Below the pieces are notes generated by a model. It was given only the letters and a program-made list of their open reading frames with translations. It did not search any database and was not told the origin of the DNA. The translations under genes and the position numbers were made by a program. From NCBI RefSeq assembly GCF_009834535.1, contig NC_045697.1:82710001-82774000 (forward strand): a stretch of DNA of 64,000 nucleotides. Reading direction: 5' to 3'. The DNA is from Camelus ferus (lineage: Eukaryota). Shown one piece after another: positions 52,501 through 64,000 of the stretch. Position 1 is the stretch's first letter. Each line of letters starts with the position of its first letter.

Positions 52501-54724
52501 GAATCTAATGAACACCTGGTGCTTTTGAAATATATTATTTGAATTTTTTGGAAAGTAAAGTGGAGACAAAAAAAATTAAGACCAAGAGGCAAAATAAAGC
52601 AAAAAAAATCTGTGCATTATAGCTAGAGACATATTACTTTCAATATCTTTGTATCATCTGCTGATAACGTAAATGCATACAGTATGTGCTGAAATTTCAC
52701 TTACTGACTTTTTCATGATTAATGGATTTGATTTTTTTTTCCCTACAAGTTACAGATTTGGTCACAGTTTTGACTCTGCTACACAAAAGGTTAAGGATAA
52801 CATTTTAAAATTTGCTATAGGTATTGTAAAGATATAGAGAGTGAAACGAAAAAAAATATGTCTTATAAATGTGCATTTTGTCTTTTAATATAGATTTTAA
52901 TTAATAGTATGAATAGATATACAATTTAAGGAGATCATATTCCACCCATTTTCAGCAAGCCTCTATAGTAGATTTCAATTCCAACTTGGAATGTGGTGCA
53001 ATATATAAAAATTCCAGCAGTAGTTCTGTGGCTAAAGGCAATGCAGGGAGTTTACGGTTGCTTAGGTTAAGCTGTTTTCTGATAAGAGTTTAGTTTGCTG
53101 GAGTTTCACTGAATAACCGGCCTCACTGCCCTAACAACTAGGTATGATGGTGGAACCTGTGAAATCGTAGAATCGTGTTTCAAAAAATAAAAGTTTAAAT
53201 GTTACAGTGTGACACATGGCTACTGTTATGAGTAATGATTCTGTGCTGCATTATTAGGAAGAATTCAAGAGGACTCCTGAGCATCTAAAGTACTCCTGGG
53301 ATTTGAGAAGTGTGGAATAAATGCTAACGAAAGTGGTGAGTTTGGCTAGTTTAATAAATAATAGCTGCACACAGTCTTTGCAAGTTTTTGGTGGCAGTCT
53401 GCCGTTTGGGGGGGACAATCACCCTCTGTTGGGTTTGACAAATTCTTTCATTGACTGATCGAGATAGACATCCCCACAGCCCCCACAGAATATGAATTGT
53501 TAGTCAATTATTAGCCAAAGAGAGAGGTCAGCTACACATGCTGAGTTCACTGTCTTCCCCATTTGAATAGATTTTATTTTTCTTTTCTGAGAGAAAAAAA
53601 AAATGGCAGTAATGATAAATCTAATTAAACCTACTACAATTCAGTTATATAGAATATAGAATAAACCTTTTCAAATGGGCTTTGTTTTCCTTGTCCTTCA
53701 CTATCACGAAAGTGCTGTTGAGAATGCAGAACAAATGTCACGTCTTCTATACATGAGCACATTCAAAATGACATTCTGATTCATATGTTAAGGATTCTAA
53801 TATTAGCTTCATATTTAGAACACACTAACTTCATTCTCATCTTAGGAAAAGGACTCAAACTTCAAAAAGTTTGGCAAATCACAACTGTCACTTGGGTGAC
53901 CCATAACATGCAGCCATTTCTAAATAAAAGTCTAATATTTGGAGCCAGGGTTTTCACTTACAAGGTTTAAGAACAAACTATTAATGTTTACATATCCTAG
54001 TTTTTGTAGGATAAAGAAGTCAATGTTACAGGAGCAAGCAAAGGAAAGCTCTACTAAGTTTGCTTGCTTATTTGTTTTAATAATAATAAAGGTTATTTCA
54101 ACTGAGTTCAACAAATTTTGAATAACTACTAACTCTGAGACACTGTGTTACATAATGCCAAGGCAATGATGAAATTTGTGTATTACCTGATACTATGGAC
54201 CTTGTTGTTTAGTACTCATAACTACTAAACTGTGTGCTGATACATTTTGGTTTTCCAAAATTAATGCTTGGTTCATTTGCTTAGTCTGAAATTTAATTGT
54301 GAATATGAGAATTTAAGTTTTATTATCATAATTTACCCAGACTAATGGTTTCAAATGTTTCAGGTAAAAGGTAAAATTATTATATATGGAGGGTTTTCAT
54401 ATATCATTGTATTTTCTGTTATTTATGTAAAAAATAGTCTTTGGTTACGATGAATTTAGTTAACTCTTTAATTAAACAAGTGTGCATTTACTCAGAAGAT
54501 AATTTCTGTACATTTTAAGTATAGTAGTATAAATGTTTTTAATGTACATTATTTATTTAGTCAACAATAATTCATACATTTGGGGAAAGAATTCATTGTA
54601 AAATATCAACTAGATACTAGCTGCACAGAGGTGCAACTATGGCTATCCTTGAATTTCCTAGTGCCTCCTACCCAGACATGAGGGAAAACTCAATGCCATA
54701 CAGTTGTATAGTACTTAAAAATGC

Positions 54725-55095
54725 ATAGGGGAGAAAAGGACGAGTAGGTAGAGCACAGAGGATTTTTAGGTAATGATATTATTTTGTTTGATAATGGTGG
54801 CTACGTGCCATTATATGTTTGTCAAAACCCATAGAATATGTAACACCAAGCGTGAAGCCCAACGTAAACTATAGACTTTTGGTGATTATGATGTGTCAAC
54901 ATAGGTTCAGGGATTGTAACAAACGTATCACTGGGATACAGGATGCTGACAGTAGGGAAAGCTCTCTGTGTCGGGGCGGGGAAGGGGAAGTGAGGATCAG
55001 GGAATATAGGAAAACTCTGTGCTTTCTGCTCAGCTTTGCTATAAACTAAAACTAAACCTGCTCTAAAAGTAAGGTCTATTGAAAAATAAATAAGT
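54725..55095 (+). mobile_element. L1MC-type 3' UTR fragment
   Basis: GAGCACAGAGGATTTTTAGG...TTTGTCAAAACCCATAGAAT...TAAACTATAGACTTT.GGTGAT.ATGATGTGTCAA. Confidence 0.8.
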
Positions 55096-55319
55096 AAATG
55101 TATAGGGGAAAATCTATCTGTATGCATAAGTGCATATGTAAGTATAGGTTAAATGAGACTGTATACATTTATAGCATATATAAGTATATAGACAGACACT
55201 CCATGAACAAGTGTTATCTTGTTAAGCCACATCCCTTAATAACAGTAGTATATACACACACACACACATACACACTCATACCCACTATGACTTTGTAAAC
55301 ACATAACTTTTTAATCTCT

Positions 55320-55460
55320 AGAGTAGTTTCTTTTTGAAATATATCAATATCTCATTTTAGTGACATGCAAGCCAAGACTGAGAATGCTGAGGTGTCTTCC
55401 CAAGTTCACCCAGCTCTAAGGGCCACAGCAAGGGCCTAACCCAGACTTCCTTTGTTAACC
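55320..55460 (-). mobile_element. MIR fragment
   Basis: CATTTTAG...ACTGAG...CCCAAGTTCACCCAGCT...AACCCAG. Confidence 0.45.
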
Positions 55461-56258
55461 ATTATTTATAATCTTATTATTACCTTCCTCTGCTGAACTT
55501 ATAACAATACAACTAGAAACATCTTTTTAAAGAAACAATTCATTAAAGTTTAAAAATTATACTTTAATGTTTATATCGACAACTGTGGCAACTTTACTGG
55601 TTTTCCTTATTTGAGAAACAGCTTTTTAAAAATTAATTAGACAATAAACGCAGCACAAGGCAGGAATATTAAATCTGTCTTTGGATGTGCTTTTCAGTGT
55701 GTAATGGCTTAGGTGAAATTACAATGGCATATGAGGAAAGAGCTCTTTTCTTAAATTTTCCTCAAGCCATGATATTCTGTGCACTGACCTTACTTGATTT
55801 GGTGAATGATGCTGTTGGTATTGGAGTATTTTTTTTTTTATTTTGAATTCAGAGAGTTCACGTTCCCTTTATTTAAAATAGATATTTTGCCTTAATTATT
55901 GAGTAGCCATATCTCTTAATAGCAACTCTGATCACTCTAATGGACAGAAGATGCACACATCATTACTGTGAAGTTAATTTAACTCTTTACATTTTAAAAT
56001 TCAAGCAAACCTTAAACTACATAACACATCCCATTGTCATTTCCTATGTTTTATAAATATCCCCTGAAATGGTTGGTTTATATATCAATGTATTTTCAAA
56101 CTGTAAAATGAAAAAGATTAGCTGACACAATGCAGTAGCCAAACACAATAGAACAAAGCAGGTCAACTGCCTCAGAGGCAGCTTCCTTAATGTATGACCA
56201 CATTTATTGTATACTTAAAAGTGCCAGATGTAGTACAGGGCCTAAAAAGGATTTGCTT

Positions 56259-56457
56259 TTTTTTTTTTTCCCTTATTTGTTTGTCTGTGGTTGATTTCAA
56301 GTTTCATGCCATTGTGATCAGAAAAGATGCTTGAAATGATTTCTATCTTCTTAAATTTGCTGAGGCTTCTTTTGTGCCCAAGTGTGTGGTCTGTCCTCGA
56401 GAATAGACCATGCACACTTGAAAAGACTGTATATTCTGGCCTGGGGGGATGTAATGT
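56259..56457 (-). mobile_element. Polyadenylated internal L1 fragment (ORF2 endonuclease C-terminus) with TSD
   Basis: Reverse complement encodes EYTVFSSVHGLFSRTDHTLGHKRSLSKFKKIEIISSIFSDHNGMKLEIN, then an A run; TSD AGGATTTGCTT at 56248-56258 and 56458-56468. Confidence 0.85.
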
Positions 56458-57091
56458 AGGATTTGCTTATGGGGATTTAGATGGCAAAATTTAGGTTGTC
56501 ATGTGGCTGTATAATCATGAGACCAATTCTAATTTAATATCTAGAAATGTAGGGACTTTTGTATGATGGATTTGTGATCATTTTTCTACATGCTTGAGGG
56601 GAACTGGCAGACACTAGTCTGTCTTATTCAGTATGGAAGTTTCACACAGGATGTAAATTTGATTGAAAGATGACAGAGAAAAAAAAAACCCTCTATTTCC
56701 AGAGAAACTCAGGAAGTGGGAGTATTTGTGAATTCTCTGGGAATCTAGTCTGTCATTAAGCCTCAATTACTTCCATATACCCAGCACACTGTCTATCCTC
56801 TTCATCAGAGAAGTCACCAGATTACAGTGGTCTGTGCTCCCCACTGGAATGCATTTTCTGCCCTGAATTCAAGTACCAAAGTCCTAGCCCAGTCCGTATT
56901 CCACATTCTCAAAATTACTTCTCCCCAAGAAATTCATCTCAGGAACTGCTCCAATATGTCATTACCTGGGTGAAGCATCAGTAGTAAATCTATTCTTATT
57001 CTATATAAATTATTCTCATTAGTCTAGTTGAGTGAGAACTTAAAACTTTATCCATGTTTTTCCAAATTAAAAGGCTATCAGAATATTTTAA

Positions 57092-57363
57092 CAAACTATG
57101 GTTACCAAAGAGGAAAGAGTGAGGGAGGCATAAATTAGGAGTTCGGGATTGACAGATATACATTACTATATACGAAATAGATAAACAACAAAGACCTACT
57201 GTATAGCACAGGGAACTATATTCAATTTCTTATAATAACACATGATGGGAAAGAATCTGAAAAGAAAAAAATATGTATGTATGTGTATGTATAACTGAAT
57301 TGCTTTGCTATACACTTTAAACTAACATTGTAAATCAACTACATTTCAATAAAAGTAAAAAAT
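57092..57363 (+). mobile_element. Short young L1 3'-end insertion
   Basis: Same 3' UTR family as 9080-9338; AATATTTTAA duplicated at 57082-57091 and 57364-57373. Confidence 0.85.
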
Positions 57364-57645
57364 AATATTTTAAGTCTTCAAGAAAACTTTAAAAACTAAT
57401 GCTGTAACTCAAATCTCCTTGAATCCATTTTGAGTTAATACACTATTGGCGATACGTATTTCCTCTACTGATGGTTAAATACTGATGAGAAAGAAATGAA
57501 GAAATAGCTACAGGTTGTTTTCTGACTGAAATGAAGTGAAGAATTATTCTGATCACTTGGAAAATAACTTCCTTGTTTCTTACAAAATAAAGCAGGTTTA
57601 AAAACACATTTCTACTATTTGTTAAGAAAAGTAAGATATACTTTT

Positions 57646-57799
57646 ATTGAGTTTTTGGTTTTGGTTTTTTTTTTTTTTTTTTTGAGGGGGAATTTGATTG
57701 ATTGATTGATTGATTGATTTCGTGGAGATACTGGGGCTTGAACCCAGGACTTCGTGCATGCTAAGCACACACTATACCACTGAGCTATACCCTCCCTTG
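57646..57799 (-). mobile_element. tRNA-derived SINE (camelid-type)
   Basis: Reverse complement GGGAGGGTATAGCTCAGTGGTATAGTGTGTGCTTAGCATGCACGAAGTCCTGGGTTCAAGCCCCAG, (AATC)n and A tail; TSD AGAT(A/G)TACTTTT at 57634-57645 and 57800-57811. Confidence 0.9.
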
Positions 57800-59665
57800 A
57801 GATGTACTTTTGAATAATTGCCAGCAAAATATTTTTTGAAGAAAACTCACTCTAAATTCATCCTAGAAAGTCTACACCTATAGATTTAAAGAATAAAGTT
57901 TTGCAAGCACTGAAGCAAATAAATCAGAGCAGAGTATTCAAATTCAGGAAATTCGAATATCAGATATATCTTTATGACTTTCGTAACATTTGTTGCTTAA
58001 TTGGTTATTTGGCCTTTCCCAGGGTTAACTAATGCCTGTTTTAATAAAACCTTGAATAATGATAATGGAAACTTGTTTCCATGCAATCCAATTTTGACAG
58101 AAACCAAATTGTCACACTGAGATTTACTGTAGCATGAGTTTTTCAGAATGTAATTTTAAAAGGGAGAGACTTAGCAATTTGTATTGTGCTGAATTTCATT
58201 TGCAGTGTTGCTTTCATAATTTACTTGGCATACGTTTATTTTCTGAAACACTTATTGAACTCATGAATGTCTGAGATGTACCCAGCATCCTTCCCCTTTT
58301 TCCTCAGTAAACTTCCTACTTCTTGTGAACCCCTATTTTACACAAAAGGGAATTTGCCTTTTTGTGCAGGTAAAACATATAACCTAATTTAACCAATCAG
58401 CTGAGTAAACCCCTTTACAAAATAAGGTAACACTCAGTGTTTCAGGAATTTTAGAAATCAGGTTTCCTCTCTTCCTTTCTACCATGTATATGGTGTACAG
58501 ACATCAAGCCTAAAACATCTGTGGTCATCTACTGCCAAGTGGAAAGTCAATCTGAGGGGGACAGAGCCCAGCAAATCCCAGGGAAATCAATCTGAGCCCT
58601 AATCATATTTAATGTCAATCCCAGTTTAACTCTTGACATTATCAATCACATGAGGAAACACTTTTTTCCAATTATTGGCCACTTTGAGACAAGCCTGCAT
58701 TTATTGGCAAATGAATTATGTATGTAATGCATAAGAAACCTGTTATCAAAAGTGGAGTTACAAGTAACGGGAGAATTCTTTAAAAATGAGGAAGACCACT
58801 CTCCTCTGTTATGAGGAGTTGAAAATCTTTGTTTTATAATTGCACACTGGTTGGTTAAAGTGGAGTTATTGTACTTTGGACCTAGAGTATATGGTAATAA
58901 AATTATAGTATTAGGCAATTGAGGAAAAAAAAATTAGTAGGATGATAGATTATATCTCTCAAAGAAGAAAGAACAGAAAAGAATGTTTTGCCAAGAATGG
59001 CTCCTCTGTCTTTGGTCTGCAATACACCTATGCTAAGTTTAATTTGCAGGGACCTCCGTAATTGAAAAAGCTGAATTACGTACAAGCCAAATAGAATGTT
59101 ATTAAAAGCAGAGAGATACAAGACATAATAGAAGAAACTAGAGGGGAATAGGAAATACTTGGCCTTATCATAGCACATTTTTAAAGCACTGTCTCCTGAA
59201 AAAAATATATAAGCACGCACATTATGGAAATAAAATCAAACTGTAGGTTGAGAGAAGAAAATAAATATGATAAATATTCACCCACTGCAGCCCATTGTTT
59301 GTACTGGTTTATGTAAAGACACAACATATATATGTATCACCAAAATTTGTCTCATACAGATAAATGTTTCCCAATTAAAGATGGAAGCAAAGCTATAATT
59401 ATAACATTATTTTGAAAAGCCTTCCATAAGACTATGACTTTAAAGATTATTTAAGGTTAGTACATTAAATGTTTTCCATATGTAATTAGCTGACATTCTT
59501 TATAGATATAAATCAAGTAAGCACTATTTTTCAAAATGATTTTGAGGTTAAACAATATTATTCTAAGATGCTGCAGATACCAAACTTATAACAAACCTCA
59601 TTAAGAATAATTTTCATAAACATATCAGAAAAAGCTATTTAAGTCTGATTTCCTTTTTTACATTA

Positions 59666-59671
59666 TTTAAT
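59666..59671 (-). terminator. Candidate polyadenylation signal (ATTAAA) for TRAM1L1
   Basis: TTTAAT on + strand ~0.7 kb downstream of the stop. Alternatives are ATTAAA at 59926-59931 and canonical AATAAA at 58700-58705. Motif evidence only. Confidence 0.3.
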
Positions 59672-60346
59672 TTTCTGATTTCCAGTTTACAAGTGTTTAA
59701 AATGGACAAGCATGATTTTACCTCTCAGTAATAATTTTATATTAATTCAAGATACTTTGATATATAGCAGTAAGTCTCCACCTGTTAACCATTAGTATCT
59801 TGGTTTTTTAGTGAGATGTAATACTAACAACCACTACTTATAAATATTATTATTTTGGTGGTTTTCACATCTTTTCTACAGTTGTAAATTCAAAAATAAT
59901 TCTAAGAATTAGAGAATACTGAAAATTTAATGATGTTGATTTTCACCTTCGTATTATTTCTATTTTATCCTGGAAGAGAACATTAAAAATATGTCATTCC
60001 CATAACAGACCACCTTGCTAATGTTATAAAAGATTGGCGGGAGCAAGAACTATGCGGAATTTTGTAGTTCTCTCTACAAATCATTAGGAAAACATTCAAA
60101 AGTAAAAAAAAGAAAAATATCGTGGTGAACCTAAACCATTTTGATGATAGTCTAAACCAAAAATTTTCCCACTCGTAATAATCATCTTCCCCTCAAAGGT
60201 CTTTATAAAAAATGCATTACATAGTACAAAAGCAAAAATCAAAGAAAGCACAGTTTTCAAGAACAGAAAAGTCTTCAGCAAAAAAAGGTAACTTATAGAA
60301 AAGGGGAGTCTTCTTTGGAGACACTAATCAATGAACTTGTTTATCA

Positions 60347-60388
60347 TTATGAAGATTTTTCTTTCCTCTTATGTGGAGAGTCTCCTCT
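60347..60388 (-). other. TRAM1L1: Ancestral C-terminal coding tail of TRAM1L1, now behind a premature TAA
   Basis: In frame after TAA (60391-60389): AGA GGA GAC TCT CCA CAT AAG AGG AAA GAA AAA TCT TCA TAA TGA TAA = RGDSPHKRKEKSS***, matching the KEKSS terminus of TRAM1/TRAM1L1. Confidence 0.88.
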
Positions 60389-61810
<1,422 letters not shown>

Positions 61811-63147
61811 GTCATCAGGACAAAGCGGTACAACTCTGGTTGTTCTTCACTAAGTATGTCACAAAATGATCACAGTCATATTGTCTGTGCCTCTAAGAAA
61901 ACTGATTAATTCTATATTTGACATTATGATTATTTTTCAAAAAGGAGATGGGTGCTTTCCTGAATAAACTCAACACGTCCCACTAGGCACCGCTATTCTC
62001 TTTGATTATTTCCTCCCTCCCAACTGCCCTCAAGTTTGATTTTGTTCCTCATTTCTTCACACCCTCATTTGGCACCTCTATTTATAATTCCTCCCTGATT
62101 TAGTTAACCTCATAAAACACTCGAAATTGAGTTGTCAGAGGCAAGAACTGAGTAACAGCCAGGAAAAACCAAATAAAATACTGTGCAGCTGATCCTTTAA
62201 AAAAAAAAGTGAACCCTCCAATAAGGAATTCTTCAAGAAATAGAGAATTCTTACTTGAGAAGAATATGCGGTTGCTTTTCTTAACACCGGAACACTTTCT
62301 ACAACAAACTCTGTACACAATTGTTTCGATTTTTTAGGAAATGCAGGAACACTGTCTATCGATCAGAGTATTTCGTTCAACATCTTTAAAGTAATTACCC
62401 AGTTCGGACTGCATCTTTTGTCAGTGCAAAGAGCACAGAGAAACGGTGATAAAAGGCAACTAGGTATTCTAAATTTAATGTGGGCTTTGCTCCTTAAATT
62501 ATGCAGCATTTCTTCTTCTGAAATGTAAATTCCAAAGTTCAAACCTTAACTCTAGCAGGAATGATTATGGTCCCATGCAACACGGAACAGGAAAATTGCT
62601 CTGCCTTCAAAGAGAAATCTGAAGACTGATATAGAACTTTGAAATGAGATAATCAACATTTACAAAAGGAGCTATTTTTGTGATGTGAATGTTAGCAAAA
62701 TTATATGCAAAAACTATAATAATGAAACAGGAGTTTCTTATCTACTTAAGTGAGGAAATTCAGTTGTGGGATCTGCAACCAAAAACATTTCCATGAATGG
62801 ATAGTTTTCCCCTTCCAACCATCTTTTAACATGCAATAAATACATTTTATATGAATGATAGTGTATGTATTTGAATTTTAGTTTCATTTCACATTAACAT
62901 CATCATAAAAATATAAAAATGTGTCAAATTTCTGAAATTATTGGAATCTGTAACGGTATTGTAGTAATATACAACATGCTGTTTGCGTTCAGTAGATTTA
63001 ACGGCACTATTTGACAAAGGACAAAATGTATATAATATGTTAAAATTTTGACTACTACTATGATTATTATATCATTTAATATATGGGGGGATTCTTTATT
63101 TATGCCCAGACTTATGCCTCTGGTACAAATAAGTATTAGATTCAAAT

Positions 63148-63885
63148 GGGGATTTCTGTTTTTGGCCATGAGGTAGTAACTGCAATTGAACTTCTACTCC
63201 TACTGTAAATAACTGAAAAACTAGACAAATTATATGAAGTAGCTTCTGTTTTCTAGATATTGGAAAACAAGAAAGAAGGGAGACAGGTGAGGAGAGCCCC
63301 ACGATTGCCCCAAGTTTTTGCCTGGATGCACTTTCTAGTCCACTGTGCACAGGGTGGGGAACCCAAGAAGAGCCTAGAGGTCTTGCTGAATTGAGGTGAG
63401 ACAGGAGGAGTTAGGAGAAGCTGAGGCCACTGAAGCTTGCTGGGCTGAGTAATTTTGCAGAAAACATTAGGTGATTAGAGTGCTTTAGAAATTTGCATGA
63501 ACATGCCCTAGAGTTGCCTCTAATATGAAGTATTGCATGCATAAGGTTAGACTACATGAGGCCAAGCAATGAACAATAGGAGAAATCTAAATTCGAAATT
63601 TCCAAGAATTCAGACAGGACTAGGAGACTTGGAAGTTTGGAAAAGTCAGAAGGTAGAATACTCTCGGAGCACTTGTGAGACTCTATGCTCAGTAGATATC
63701 TAAGAAGAGTCACAGTCAATAGTAAGGCTGAACTTGCCCTAGGGAAAAGGCTAATTCATGCCTGCCCACACAGTTTTCAAGAAGCCTTTAAATGATCAAG
63801 GTGCTGTGCAAGGAACTTTCCTGCCTGCCAGAAAAATCCACACCTCAACAATATGAAATTCACATTGTCTAGCATCTAGTAAACT
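63148..63885 (+). mobile_element. Old L1 (L1MC/L1MD-type) 5' region
   Basis: TTCTGTTTTTGGCCATGA...ACTGTAAATAACTGAAAAACTAGACAAAT...AAATTCACATTGTCTAGCATC. Confidence 0.55.
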
Positions 63886-64000
63886 GTGAGGCAAAGGCTA
63901 TGTTCAGCTGGGACTGTCTATCAAGAATGCCTGCATGGGGCCTCTCTGTGACGTGTTGGCAATGACACAGAACAGTGGCTATGGGCTCTTACAACCTAGT

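Noticed and set aside
57725..57797. tRNA-like sequence (also ~47120-47192)
   Set aside because: Has A/B boxes but also an A-rich tail and TSD, so it is a SINE rather than a tRNA gene.

Overview
AT-rich, repeat-dense mammalian genomic DNA. The tRNA-derived SINEs and young L1 3' ends look camelid; this is an inference from family resemblance. About 59 kb is gene desert made of L1, L2, MIR, SINE, ERV/MaLR LTRs and DNA transposons (MER20, MER45, Tigger1). The one recognisable gene is the intronless retrogene TRAM1L1 on the minus strand (~60.35-61.47 kb), with a CpG-island promoter. As written, TRAM1L1 has two lesions. First, a C16 homopolymer shifts the frame just after a perfect Kozak ATG. Second, an in-frame TAA lies 14 codons upstream of the ancestral stop and cuts off an otherwise intact RGDSPHKRKEKSS tail carrying the KxKxx ER-retrieval motif. 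Other notable items are atypical L1 insertions and two perfect hairpins that look like template-switch products inside old repeats. I see no evidence for a wholly new multi-gene system. Repeat family names come from recognition of consensus motifs, not from a database search.
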